Origin: an uncultured Pseudomonadota bacterium
GTDB lineage: Bacteria > Pseudomonadota > Gammaproteobacteria > Burkholderiales > SG8-39
Reading direction: 5' to 3'
NCBI GenBank assembly: GCA_963817785.1
Contig: CAWFPL010000008.1
Span: 172,113 to 236,112, forward strand
DNA: 64,000 nucleotides
Under the pieces are notes generated by a model. The model was not told the DNA's origin. It worked only from the letters and a program-made list of their open reading frames with translations, and did no database searches. Shown here one piece after another: positions 49,767-60,474 of this stretch. Made by a program: the position numbers and the translations under genes. Numbering within the stretch: position 1 is the first letter of the stretch; the number at the start of each line of letters is the position of its first letter.

Positions 49767-49900
49767 GAATCTATCTCAAAATCGTTTCAGCAGCATCGTG
49801 ATCGACGCCAACTGCACGAATCCAAGGAAATTGGCCGCGTAGTACTCCCATCGAACCAGCAAGCGACGCTTCCAATGCAGCCATGCGAAGAACCGGGCCA
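49767..49900 (-). pseudogene. IS5-family transposase 3' remnant
   Basis: RFFAWLHWKRRLLVRWEYYAANFLGFVQLA followed by TTTTGAGATAGATTCTAG end. Confidence 0.7.
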
Positions 49901-49919
49901 TCACGAAACGTGACCGCTC

Positions 49920-50076
49920 TCAGGGGGTACTCGCCTCGCAACCGAGCAACGCCTTCGCGAAGAAGATCAGCTCGGAAACGATGACGGACTCACCTGCGGC
50001 GATGAAGAGTTTCCAGGAGAACGAGACCGCGACGTTCCGGCGCATTGCCGAGGCCGCGGGGCTGAAGGCGGAATGA
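49920..50076 (+). pseudogene. Bug/TctC substrate-binding protein C-terminal remnant
   Basis: SPAAMKSFQENETATFRRIAEAAGLKAE*. Confidence 0.5.
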
Positions 50077-50103
50077 ACGCGCTCGATCGCAGCCCGAGAA
50101 GGC

Positions 50104-50931
50104 CTAGTAGACGCGGCCCGCGGTCGAAGTGACAAACTTCTGCGGCAGGGCCTCCATGTACTCACGATGCAGTCGCACCACGCGGCGCAGCGCGGTCAGG
50201 CAGTTCTGCTTTTCCGCGCGCAGCTTCGAGATCCTGCCACCCAGACCCAGCACCATCGGCGGCTGGTGCTGCGGCGCCGCCAGTAGCATCGTGATAATGC
50301 CGGAGCCCGGCGTCGCCAAGCCCTCGCTGTAGGCGTAGCCGCGGTCGCGGCATGCGTCGAGCTTGACGACTAGGTCGTCGAGTCGCACTTTGTTCGCTTC
50401 TGGCTCCTGCGCGTTGATCCGGACCGTCAATGCGCGCACCTCGGCCTTCGACTTCAACGTCAGGATCACATGGCCCATCGCCGAGCGCAGCAGCGGGCGC
50501 AAGGCGCCGGTATTGACGTCGGTGCGCACCTCTTCGGTGCCCTTCACGACATGGATGTACTGAACGTGAAAACCACTCTGGACGCCGAGCACCGCCGTGC
50601 AGCCAGTCTCGTCGCGCAGCTTATACATCAGCCGCACAATCGTGCCGTCGCTGAGTAGCGCATCGTTCACCCAGATGCCCAGCAACGCGGCCCGCACCGT
50701 GGGCACGAATGTACGGTCACCTTGCGCATAGTCGAGATAGCCGAGGTCGCGCAAGGTATTGAGCAATGCAAACGTGCTCGATGCTGGATAGCTGAGGGAA
50801 TTAGAGATCTGCGTAAGGGTGGCTGGCGCCCGGCGCCGCGCGAAGTACTCGAATACTTCGACGACACGCTGCGCGGATTTCACGGGTCGAGGCATGAGAT
50901 GGCCTTTCTGTCGGAAAGGCTTATCGTACAC
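50104..50931 (-). CDS. IclR-family regulator
   Basis: VKSAQRVVEVFE..LTQI...YPASSTFALLNTL; SAMGHVIL; RDRGYA. Confidence 0.88.
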   Translation of the reverse strand: MYDKPFRQKGHLMPRPVKSAQRVVEVFEYFARRRAPATLTQISNSLSYPASSTFALLNTLRDLGYLDYAQGDRTFVPTVRAALLGIWVNDALLSDGTIVRLMYKLRDETGCTAVLGVQSGFHVQYIHVVKGTEEVRTDVNTGALRPLLRSAMGHVILTLKSKAEVRALTVRINAQEPEANKVRLDDLVVKLDACRDRGYAYSEGLATPGSGIITMLLAAPQHQPPMVLGLGGRISKLRAEKQNCLTALRRVVRLHREYMEALPQKFVTSTAGRVY

Positions 50932-51008
50932 GGCGCAAGCCTACGAACTGAAGCGAACGGGCACCCAATGATGGTGATGACACGCCTCGAAAATGCAGCC
51001 CATCCGAC

Positions 51009-52340
51009 TCAGAGCTTAACGAAGCCTATCCCGTTCCTGAACGCTATTTCTGTGCCGAATGGAGTTGACAACTCACCAACATAATTTATGATGCGCTCGC
51101 CTTCCTCATTGTCTGCGAGCATGGGGAACCCGCTTGCCGAACGAGGCGTTAGGACAAGAGTCACAGGGTAAAGTCTCAACTCAAGGAGGTTCCATCCTTC
51201 CCCGAAGGAACAAACAGCAACCACGGCTGCGTTAGGAATGGGCGGAGAAACGAGGCCATCTCGTTGTCCTGCCTGTCTTGGCATCTTCTCCCGAGCATCG
51301 TATACATCTGCAGGTGTCGCTTCAGATGCCACTGTATTGAGGCGAAACTGAGGTGACATATAAACCTCTGCAGGGAGTCTCGTGACCGTGTTATTCATTT
51401 TGATAAAATCTCCCGGATCATAAAATATAGGCTTGCCTCGATACAGTTCTATCCCCCTGAGTGGGTGGTGGCACCCCTCAGCAACAAACATGTCTGCTCC
51501 TGCATCCACGCATGCCTTGGCAAAAGGTGGTAAAAATTTTGGTGGGGCATACATACCTTTGTCGGGATCCCACTCATGGTTGTGGAGGTGCACAAGCACG
51601 TAATCCGCTTGCCTTCTTGCCTCCCTCACGGCGCGAAGATTGCCCTCAGCATCTTCTTCCTCGACGACTGTCGATGCTCCTGGTCCGTCACCCTGCACGA
51701 ATTTGGTGATTGTATTTTCCGCGCCCGGTATGCTGAAGAAGAATGACCGCCCGACTTGTTGGGTCTTCCATCCAATCTTAGGACCCAATTGCTTCAGGAT
51801 CTCTATTGTCGCCAAATCGACCACATGGTAGAAACGAAGCGGATTTACTCCCGGCCTGCCTTTTATGTCCTTCCTTGCCTCACCTGCCCTGCCCCATCTA
51901 GGGAAGCTAGATGTCATCGATATAAGAGCTATTCTTCCCATTTTCGTATCAATGTAGGCGGGTTCCCTTGCCTCCGCCAGGTTTCTGCCGGTTCCGGCAT
52001 GGGGTAGTTTGGCCTCATTCAATGCCTTCCAAGTAGAAAAAAGGCCTCCATAAGAATAATCCAGGCAATGATTATGAGCGAGCGAAACGATATCGAAGCC
52101 CGCCCATTTCAATTCTTCAGCCACAAAACTTGGCGATCGCATGGGCGTTCTCCCCGGTTCGGCGGCCGGATATAGCTCATCGCCTTCATAGTCGTGGATT
52201 ATCGTTTCAAAATGAGTGTATGCAACATCAGCATCCCTGAGGATGTTGACCAGTGAGAGAAACCTCTCTTCTGTGTGGACGGAAAGCCGTCTGTTGATGA
52301 TTGCATCACCAGTGATCGCAAGAGTAAATTTCTTTTCCAT
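51009..52340 (-). CDS. CapA-family (metallophosphoesterase-like) protein
   Basis: TGD, HFET, SLAHNHCLDY, VHLHNHE, GIELYRGKPIFY; low GC. Confidence 0.85.
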   Translation of the reverse strand: MEKKFTLAITGDAIINRRLSVHTEERFLSLVNILRDADVAYTHFETIIHDYEGDELYPAAEPGRTPMRSPSFVAEELKWAGFDIVSLAHNHCLDYSYGGLFSTWKALNEAKLPHAGTGRNLAEAREPAYIDTKMGRIALISMTSSFPRWGRAGEARKDIKGRPGVNPLRFYHVVDLATIEILKQLGPKIGWKTQQVGRSFFFSIPGAENTITKFVQGDGPGASTVVEEEDAEGNLRAVREARRQADYVLVHLHNHEWDPDKGMYAPPKFLPPFAKACVDAGADMFVAEGCHHPLRGIELYRGKPIFYDPGDFIKMNNTVTRLPAEVYMSPQFRLNTVASEATPADVYDAREKMPRQAGQRDGLVSPPIPNAAVVAVCSFGEGWNLLELRLYPVTLVLTPRSASGFPMLADNEEGERIINYVGELSTPFGTEIAFRNGIGFVKL

Positions 52341-52604
52341 CTAATAGAACTCCCCCACGCACTCAAAAAACAGTTGCGCGCCTCGCTGCTCAGCCATTAC
52401 CCGCCGCGCACGTCATCCTGTTGCTTACTGCTGCCTGGCAATCCTGTTAATCTTATGAATTTTCTCGCAAATGGACTTGAGCAGTTGCAGGATTAGCAAA
52501 AAATTGCTGCACCAACATCGTGATTCGTAAACATTCAGTGAGTCACACGGTAAGTCCGACAGTGACGCGCCAACAGATTGCCGGATGCATAATCATCTGC
52601 GGAC

Positions 52605-54041
52605 TTACAGGCGCAACGTGACACACTTCAACTGCGTGTAATGGTGCAGCGCCTCAAGGCCCTTCTCGCGACCGTAGCCGCTCAACTTGTAGCCACCTAG
52701 CGGGGTTTCTATGCCACCAGCCAGATACTCGTTGACGTAGATCTGCCCCGCATCGATTTGCGCAGCAACCCGATGCGCGCGTGACAAATCGCGCGTCCAG
52801 ATCCCTGCCGCTAGACCATAGCCAGTATCGTTAGCGATTTCGATCGCCTGCATTTCGTCATCAAACGGCATCACACAGGCTATCGGCCCGAAGATTTCCT
52901 CGCGAGCGATTCGCATGCTATTGCTAACCCCGCTATAGATCGTGGGCGATACAAACCATCCGCCCTTCAGCGTCGGATCCTGCGGAAGTGATCCTCCAAC
53001 TTCCGCCACAGCACCTTCCATGCGCGCCACGGCGTAATACTCCTGCACCTTCTCGTACTGAGCACGAGTGGTCATCGGCCCTACAACGCTTTCTTCACCA
53101 CCGACCGTATATACCCCTATGGCCTCTTTCATTGCTTGAATGAACTCGTCATGGATTAACCGCTCGACGAGAATTCGTGTACCAGCCAGGCAGATTTGGC
53201 CGGCATGCTGGAGAAATCCCTTCAAGACTCCAGGCACTGCCGCCGCGACATCGGCATCGGCAAACACAATGTTGGGCGACTTGCCACCCAATTCCAACGT
53301 CAGGGGTAGAATTCGGTCGGCGGCGACTTTGCCGATCTCACGCCCGGCGCGCAAGGATCCGGTAAAAGCCACCTTGCGTACGTCCCTATGTAGAACGAGG
53401 CTTTCACCGGCCTCTTTGCCAAATCCCGTGACCACGTTCAATACGCCTGCCGGCAGACCACACTCCTGAACCGCTATCCGCGCCAATTCGAGCAATGATG
53501 CTGACGTGGCCTCGGAGGGCTTGGCCACCACTGTGTTACCTGCCGCAAGCGCTGGAGCGCAAGCCCGTCCCGCCTGATTGAGCGGCGCATTCCAGGGAAG
53601 AATTACGCCCACAACACCGAACGGTTCTCGACGAGTGTACGAGTGATAGCCTGCTCCCAGATCGATCGTATTCCCTTGAATCGCATTGACCAGTCCGCCG
53701 TAGAACTCGAAGTACTGCGCGGCTACCTCCGCGTCGCCCTTGGCCATCGGCATTGACCTGCCCGTCTCGCGACACACAATTCCAGCAAGTCCGGCTAAAT
53801 GCTCCCGGATCTTGCGTACGATCTCCATCAGGATGCGACCACGCACACTTGGTCGCAAATTCCGCCAAGCAGGTAGTGCAGCACGTGCAGCAGCTACGGC
53901 GCGATCGACATCACTAGCATTTCCACGTGCCACCCGAGAGATTACCTGCCCGTTCCTCGGGTTATACCCATCAAGATAGAGGCCACTGGTTGGCGGCATG
54001 GATTGGCCGTCTATGAAATGCTCCAATTGGGTCATCGCCAT
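52605..54041 (-). CDS. Aldehyde dehydrogenase
   Basis: PWNAP, FTGS, LELGGKSP, GQIC, EEIFGP. Confidence 0.93.
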   Translation of the reverse strand: MAMTQLEHFIDGQSMPPTSGLYLDGYNPRNGQVISRVARGNASDVDRAVAAARAALPAWRNLRPSVRGRILMEIVRKIREHLAGLAGIVCRETGRSMPMAKGDAEVAAQYFEFYGGLVNAIQGNTIDLGAGYHSYTRREPFGVVGVILPWNAPLNQAGRACAPALAAGNTVVAKPSEATSASLLELARIAVQECGLPAGVLNVVTGFGKEAGESLVLHRDVRKVAFTGSLRAGREIGKVAADRILPLTLELGGKSPNIVFADADVAAAVPGVLKGFLQHAGQICLAGTRILVERLIHDEFIQAMKEAIGVYTVGGEESVVGPMTTRAQYEKVQEYYAVARMEGAVAEVGGSLPQDPTLKGGWFVSPTIYSGVSNSMRIAREEIFGPIACVMPFDDEMQAIEIANDTGYGLAAGIWTRDLSRAHRVAAQIDAGQIYVNEYLAGGIETPLGGYKLSGYGREKGLEALHHYTQLKCVTLRL

Positions 54042-54339
54042 AACTTTTGTGCTCCTCAATAAATTGCTCGTTAATTTGGCAATACTCTCGATCACATGCA
54101 CGACCGCGCCATTGTCGGAGATTAGACGGTCCGATAACCAAATCGCTCCTATTGCCGCTCAATATGCCAATACTATCGAGGCGAGGGGAATAGCGTCACG
54201 AGCGAATGGCCGCCACCCTGTGTCAGTACTGCGCGGTTCAAATAGAGGTTGAGCTGCTACAGTCCATGATTGGAGAGGTTTCGAGCGATGAAGGGTGTCG
54301 TCGATTTACACGATGAAGGCCGGTGCGAGCAATCTCCAG

Positions 54340-54470
54340 ACGCCCGTAACCAGTTGGACCCTCGCCTGCGAGAGCTGGCGATTCTCCAGGTGAGATGGCT
54401 CGCACCTTCGCTCTGCGCATTCTCACAGCACTCGGAGATCGCGCGTGGGTTCTCTATCAGAATTACATCA
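54340..54470 (+). pseudogene. Carboxymuconolactone decarboxylase/AhpD-like fragment
   Basis: LDPRLRELAILQV.WLA....F.QH. Confidence 0.5.
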
Positions 54471-54545
54471 CTGCGCGAGGCACCGCGCACCACGGCCTGG
54501 AGTGAACCGGCCAGCAGCGTCGACGCAGAGCGAATCTGCTACAGG

Positions 54546-56180
54546 TCACGCAGCCTGAGCATCTTCACGGATCATGTCGGCCGCCTTCTCCCCAATCATG
54601 ATCGATGGCGCATTTGTGTTGCCGCTCACAATGGTGGGCATGATCGAGGCGTCCACCACGCGCAAGTTTGGAACACGGTGCACGCGGAGGCGATCATCGA
54701 CCACGGCCTCAGGGTCCGACCCCATCTTGCATGTGCCGACAGGATGGAAAAGTGTCTGGCCGCATTTGCGTACGAAATTAAGCAATTCTTCATCGCTCCG
54801 GTTTTCCGGTCCAGGCAGATCCTCTCGGCGCACTATGTCTCTTAGCGGCGCCAATCCGGCAATGCGACGTATCCATTGAATTGCTGCCACCGCGCACCGT
54901 TCATCTTCCGCCGAGCTCAGGTAATTGGCATGAATAGACGGTGCGTTCGTCGGATCAGCGGAACGCAGACGAATGGCGCCCCGCGATTCGGGTCGCAGAA
55001 CAGCTCCGGCAAACTGGATGCCGGGGAAAGGATGAATTTGCCTGCCACCGTCGCTCCCGAAGCCAAGGCTCAGCGGCCTGAACGTGATCTGGAGATCCGG
55101 CGTAGCGACTGTCGAGGTACTCCGAACGAAAGCAACGGCGTGCGAAACGCCGACGGCGAGAGGCCCTTTCTTGGTCAGAAGGTAACGTGCACCGCTCGCC
55201 AGCTTCCGCAGACCGCGCAGTTCTCTGTTCCGCGACATGCCCGCTATGGTTTCATAGCCGACATTCATTGTTATGTGATCCTGTAGGTTTGCCCCGACCC
55301 CGGGCAGATGATTACTAATGGTAAGTCCCAGTGCCTGCAACTGATCGCCGGGGCCAATGCCCGAGAGCATCAGGATTTGCGGCGAGCCGATGGCGCCTGC
55401 ACTCAGAATGGCCTCGCGACGAACCCGCACGTCGAAGCGTGCACCGCCGCACTCGTATCTGATGCCAACAACGTGCCCGCCATTGATGTGTACTCGGTGC
55501 ACCAGCGCATCACTGATGATGGTCAGATTCTTCCGCTGACGCACGGGACGCAAATAGGCCCGCGCTGCCGAGAACCTAATGCCATCGCTAATTGTGTGCT
55601 GAATGTAGCCGACTCCATCCTGAACACCGCTGGTGACGTCAGGATTAAGCGCAAGACCCGCGGCGATACTGGACTGGACGAATGCATCTGTTGCCGGGTG
55701 CTGGTCCGCCGGCCGCGAAACACGCAGGGGCCCGGAAGTGCCTCGATGGTCACCGGCGAGATCGCTGCTTTCCGCCTTCTTGAAATATGGCAACACATCC
55801 GACCACGACCATCCGCGGTTCCCAAGTTCGCTCCAGCGGTCGTAATCGGCTGCCTCGCCTCGTATGTAGACCATGCCGTTGATCGCGCTGGTGCCGCCTA
55901 CCACCTTGCCGCGCGGCCAGTAGATACGGCGTCCGTCTAGCCCAGGCTCTTCGTCCGTCCAGAATTTCCAGTTGACCCTTTCGTCAAGGAAAAGGGTCCC
56001 TACTCCCGCGGGCGTTCGAATCCAGAAAGGCTCCCGGTCTGGACCTGCCTCCAGTAGAAGCACGCTGACATCAAGGTCGGCGCTAAGTCGGTTGGCCAGT
56101 ACACAGCCCGCAGAGCCTGCGCCCACAATGATGTAATCGTAAGATGGCGAACCATTGAGGGAGTTGTCTGGCATATTCAT
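54546..56180 (-). CDS. GMC oxidoreductase (choline dehydrogenase-like)
   Basis: GAGSAG, RGKVVGGTSAINGM, NLQDH, HPVGTCKMG, GNTNAP. Confidence 0.93.
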   Translation of the reverse strand: MNMPDNSLNGSPSYDYIIVGAGSAGCVLANRLSADLDVSVLLLEAGPDREPFWIRTPAGVGTLFLDERVNWKFWTDEEPGLDGRRIYWPRGKVVGGTSAINGMVYIRGEAADYDRWSELGNRGWSWSDVLPYFKKAESSDLAGDHRGTSGPLRVSRPADQHPATDAFVQSSIAAGLALNPDVTSGVQDGVGYIQHTISDGIRFSAARAYLRPVRQRKNLTIISDALVHRVHINGGHVVGIRYECGGARFDVRVRREAILSAGAIGSPQILMLSGIGPGDQLQALGLTISNHLPGVGANLQDHITMNVGYETIAGMSRNRELRGLRKLASGARYLLTKKGPLAVGVSHAVAFVRSTSTVATPDLQITFRPLSLGFGSDGGRQIHPFPGIQFAGAVLRPESRGAIRLRSADPTNAPSIHANYLSSAEDERCAVAAIQWIRRIAGLAPLRDIVRREDLPGPENRSDEELLNFVRKCGQTLFHPVGTCKMGSDPEAVVDDRLRVHRVPNLRVVDASIMPTIVSGNTNAPSIMIGEKAADMIREDAQAA

Positions 56181-56327
56181 AGGATTCGACCCTACCTGAA
56201 CAAGTGAGAATATGAGTAATTACTCAGGTGGCCATTACCAGTGAGCCCATCCGGTTAACAATTACAGAGCTCGCGCTTGAGTATATCTGCCCCATAGGCC
56301 GCTCCGCTCAACTCTGCGCTGTGAGAT

Positions 56328-56470
56328 ATTCCGGATCATTCTCTGCCTGCTCGAAGGCCACGACCAGTTCCTTAAAGGCATCGAGCTCATGCGCGCTGCG
56401 CACTTCCGGTACGGTTCAGGATGACGCGCCAAACGACGCCCGTATTGTCAGTTCGCACGAACTTGAACAT
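56328..56470 (-). pseudogene. Enoyl-CoA hydratase N-terminal remnant
   Basis: MFKFVRTD..GVVWRVILNR(fs)PEVRSA...AFEQAENDPE. Confidence 0.5.
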
Positions 56471-56807
56471 CGCTTGCCACAAAAGCCGTTGAACTCCAGG
56501 CCGTTGAACTCCAGGCCACTCTTCTTTGGATCGGCAGTCCGATAGGCAGAGAATGATTCCACTGGCAGATTCGCGCGAGCCGGCATCTTCTGTCCTGCTC
56601 GAATGATTGTTCCTCAGTCTGCGTAAATCTTGGATTCAAGTATGTGAATCGACATCGAGTTAGGCAAGCAATTTTGAGCGTATTTCATATACGAGAAAGA
56701 GAATTTATATATGTGAATCGAACTCCGGCCCGGTCGCCGGAGAATGTAGAGTGGAAGAATATACGGAACCCAATCCTAGGTCATTTATTTGACGGGGTAA
56801 CGTTGCC

Positions 56808-58295
56808 ATGGACGTATCTTTTGTCGACACGACGTTTCGCGACGGATCGCAGAGCCTTTGGGCGACGCGGATCACGACCGGCATGATGGACGTCGTCGCC
56901 ACGCAGATGGAGGGGGCCGGGTTCAAGGCGATCGAGCTTCCGGCTAATCCGATCTATTTCAAAAAGTTCGTGCGGGACCTGAGAGAAGACCCGTGGGAAA
57001 TGCTGCGCCTGATAGCGAAGCGGCTACCTAACACGCCGAAAAGCTGCATGACCGGTGCGAGGATTCATTCCTTTGAGGCACTATCACCGCCCCGAGAGCT
57101 CGTCAGGCTTTTCTATGCGCGTGTGGCGGCCACCGGAGCTCTGAACCGCGGTCAGTTCATAGCGAACACGATGGACCAGCGCAAGCGCGACTTCCCGTGG
57201 CTGATTCCGATGTTCCGGGAGTTCGGCGTCCAGGCGGCAATCGCTTTGGCGTATCAAGTATCCCCCCGCCATACCGACGAGTATTACGCGCAATTGACAC
57301 GCGAGGTTCTGCAGTTCAAGCCTGATGCGATCTACCTCAAGGATCAGGGCGGACTGGTCACGCCGGACCGGCTGCGAACACTGATTCCGGCCATCGTGAA
57401 CAATGCGCAGGACGTGCCGGTGGAATTCCACTCGCACTGTACGACAGGCCTAGCACCGCTCTGTTACCTGGAGGCCGTTCCTTTGGGAATCCAGACGCTG
57501 CACACGGCAGTGCCCCCGCTGGCCAACGGGTCCTCGCAGCCGTCGATCTTCAACGTCGCGCGCAATCTCCGGCTGATGGGGCACTCGCCGAGGGTCAACG
57601 TCGAGGTGCTCGAGCGGGTATCGGAGCGGCTCACCTCGATTGCAAAACGCGAGCACCTGCCGATCGGGGCGCCTCTGGAATACGACCACGCGCAATTCAT
57701 ACACCAGGTGCCGGGGGGCGTAATCTCCAACCTGGCCCACCAGCTTGTCGAACTGCGCATCCAGCACCGGCTGCGCGAAGTGCTTGATGAGGTGGTCCAC
57801 GTCCAGAAGGAACTGGGCTACCCGATCATGATCACGCCGTACTCGCAATTCGTCGTGACGCAAGCCGCGATCAACGTCGCCACCGGAGAGCGCTATAAGC
57901 TCGTGCTCGACCCCATCATCCTGTTCGCGATGGGAACCTTCGGCGAGGATTCTGGCTGCACCTGGATGGACCAGAACCTGCGGGACATGCTGCTCTCGCT
58001 GCCGCGCGCCAAGGAGTTGGCGAGCCGCGGTGCCACGCAGCCGTCCTTCAAGGAGATTCGCCAAACCTACGGCACAAGCGGCCTGTCCGACGAGGAATTC
58101 CTTTTGCGCTACATCATGCAGGGGGACAAGGACATCCAGGCGCTGCGTGCAGCCGGGCCGCCCAGGCAGTATTACAACGCCTCGCTTCCGCTGATCACGC
58201 TGCTACAGGAGCTCGGCAAGCACAAGAGCGTGCGCTATATCCATGTCCGACGAGGGAGCGATTCGCTCGCCATCCAGGGCCGCATTTTGACGTGA
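56808..58295 (+). CDS. Pyruvate/oxaloacetate-type carboxyltransferase (PycB/OadA-like)
   Basis: DTTFRDGSQSLWA, YLKDQGG, FHSHCTTG, HQVPGGVISN, GYPIMITPYSQ. Confidence 0.9.
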   Translation: MDVSFVDTTFRDGSQSLWATRITTGMMDVVATQMEGAGFKAIELPANPIYFKKFVRDLREDPWEMLRLIAKRLPNTPKSCMTGARIHSFEALSPPRELVRLFYARVAATGALNRGQFIANTMDQRKRDFPWLIPMFREFGVQAAIALAYQVSPRHTDEYYAQLTREVLQFKPDAIYLKDQGGLVTPDRLRTLIPAIVNNAQDVPVEFHSHCTTGLAPLCYLEAVPLGIQTLHTAVPPLANGSSQPSIFNVARNLRLMGHSPRVNVEVLERVSERLTSIAKREHLPIGAPLEYDHAQFIHQVPGGVISNLAHQLVELRIQHRLREVLDEVVHVQKELGYPIMITPYSQFVVTQAAINVATGERYKLVLDPIILFAMGTFGEDSGCTWMDQNLRDMLLSLPRAKELASRGATQPSFKEIRQTYGTSGLSDEEFLLRYIMQGDKDIQALRAAGPPRQYYNASLPLITLLQELGKHKSVRYIHVRRGSDSLAIQGRILT

Positions 58296-58328
58296 CCGCT
58301 TTCACACCACGCGTGGAGGGAATGCCGC

Positions 58329-58859
58329 TTGAATAAACCTTTAGCTGCACTAGGCGATGAGGAAGTTCGCCAGATCGCGCTTCTGGTCGAAACGCTGGAG
58401 CACTCCACATTCGACTTTCTGCAGCTGGAGTTGGGCGACCTGAAGGTAACCATCGGCAAGGGAAGCGCGCCGCCAAGCAAGGAAGCAGCGGCACCCGCGC
58501 CTTCGGCCAGCGTTGCGCCGCCGGCGGCTGCCGTTCAATCGGCGCCACCCTCCCCCGCAGTAGCGGAACCAAAGAGCCCAGCGATTCCCGAAGCCAAGAC
58601 AAGCCCCGGTCAGAACGGTACGGTCGCGATAGTGGCGCCCATGATCGGGCAGTTCTATGCGAAGCCGGAGCCCGGTGCAGCGCCATTCGTCTCGGTCGGA
58701 ACCGAGGTGAACCCGGATTCCACGGTTGCGCTGATTGAAGTGATGAAGGTGTTCAGTGCGGTGCGCGCCGGCGTACAAGGCGTCGTCACGGAGATCTGCG
58801 TACAGGATGGACAGCTGGTCGAGTACGAGCAGGTGCTGTTCCGCATCCGCCCGAAATGA
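58329..58859 (+). CDS. accB: Biotin carboxyl carrier protein
   Basis: Pro/Ala linker, APMIGQFY, IEVMKVF. Confidence 0.88.
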   Translation: MNKPLAALGDEEVRQIALLVETLEHSTFDFLQLELGDLKVTIGKGSAPPSKEAAAPAPSASVAPPAAAVQSAPPSPAVAEPKSPAIPEAKTSPGQNGTVAIVAPMIGQFYAKPEPGAAPFVSVGTEVNPDSTVALIEVMKVFSAVRAGVQGVVTEICVQDGQLVEYEQVLFRIRPK

Positions 58860-59063
58860 TTCGGCCTCCCATTGAGGAGAAAGGCCGTTTCGTTTGTGCT
58901 TCGGAATTCCAAGGAGGAGAGTCCGTGCCAAGCAAGCGAACGTGGTGGTCGGTTCTAGCAAGCGCTTTTTTTCCTTTCCCAGCCTGCCCGTTGTGCTGCG
59001 CCTTCCAGGGAGCCGATCCCGCTAGGTGAGATCAGATCCCGGAGCGGCGCTTTCGCCATAATA

Positions 59064-60166
59064 TTGATATTTCCGTAACCGTGTGACATCAGAACAGGTC
59101 AGCCTGCGTCCAACAGGAGGCGACGATCGCCGAGCGCCGCTGCGCCGATTTGAGCTTGCCGCGCGCGGTGTGCTCGAGCTCGGTGAGCGTCGCGGGGCAG
59201 AAGTTCGCGAGCGCGTGGCGCTTGAGCCAAGCCCACAGGTACTCGACGGGGTTGAGCTCGGGGGCGTAGCCCGGCAGGAACTCGATGTGAATGTAGCCCG
59301 CGCTCGAGGCGACGTAGTCGCGCACGAGCCGGGCGCGATGGGGCTTGGCCCCGTCCCACAGGATGAGCAGCGGCTGCCGATAATGGGCTTTGAGCGCCTT
59401 GAGGAATGCGAGCACCTGTTCTTTTGCGACCGAGCCTTCGTGCAGCCGAAAGCACACTCCCTTGAAGTGCATTCCGGCGATGATCGAGATGTGGTCCCAG
59501 TTGAAGCAGAACTGCACCACGGGGCTCTCGCCCTTGGGGGCCCAGGTGCAAACGCGCGTGGGGCGCTGCGACAGGCCCGATTCGTCGACGAAGACGATCA
59601 GCCGCCCCTTGCGGCGGGCTTTTTTCTAAGCCGCGGCCAGGTGCGCTTCTTCCAGTGCGAAATGGCCGCTTCATCGCGCTCCAAGGCGCGCCGCTCGGGC
59701 TTCTGGCTGGAGAACCCAAGCTGTCCCAGCAGGCGCCAGACATGAACCTAGCTGTAGCGAACGCCGAAGCTGCGTTCGATGAAAAGACGCACCCGCTTGA
59801 TCGTCCACAGCGGCGTGCCGAAGCCGTGTGCGGCGGGACCCTCGAGCAGCGCGACCTGCAGCCGCGCCAGCTGCTCGGCGCCCAGCCGGGCCGCACGCCC
59901 GCCCTTGCTCATGTCGCGCAGCGCATCGATCCCCTCGGCTTCGAGCACGCCCTTCCAGCGGTACACCGTCTGGCGCGGTGCGCCCACCATCGCCGCGACT
60001 TGTGCCGGAGCGTGGCCGGCCTGAAGCAACCGCGCGGCGCGCACTCGGCGCTTGGCCCCGGCTTCCACTTTGTTCTTTGTCTTCATGCGCAAACTCCGAT
60101 GTTATGCCAACACCGAAGTAACGCACGAGGAGCAATTCCGTTGTCACGAGGTTACGGAATTCTCAA
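59064..60166 (-). mobile_element. IS630-family element related to 6493-8651; HTH ORF has TAG at 59748
   Basis: IR TTGA.A.TTCCGTAACC...TGACA, TA flanks; AGAAAAAAG at the frame change. Confidence 0.88.
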
Positions 60167-60189
60167 TAAACGGCGGCCACAAGGGTGCG

Positions 60190-60440
60190 TAACTGGCGGC
60201 CGAGCAAATCTACGCGGCGGGCGGCGGGCGGCGGGCGGCGGGCTCGAGCAGCCGCTGCAGCTCGTGTGGGAGGACGATAAGTCCAACCCTTCCGAGGGAA
60301 CCAAGATCTTCCGCGAGCTTGCCTCGAAAAAAGTCCTGGTGATTCTCGGGAATTCCGGCCCGACCACCTTCGCGAGCCCCATCTCACTCGCCGAGCTGGA
60401 AGCAAGCGACAAGCTGAGGCGCACCTACCTCCCAGTGTGA
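60190..60440 (+). pseudogene. Branched-chain amino acid ABC substrate-binding fragment
   Basis: EQIYAAGG...[16 protein letters not shown]. Confidence 0.5.
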
Positions 60441-60474
60441 AATCCCTACAGCCCTCCTCTCAAAGATTCCTCAC

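Noticed and set aside
56486-56515. 15-bp tandem duplication CCGTTGAACTCCAGG
   Set aside because: Two copies in decayed intergenic DNA; likely replication slippage
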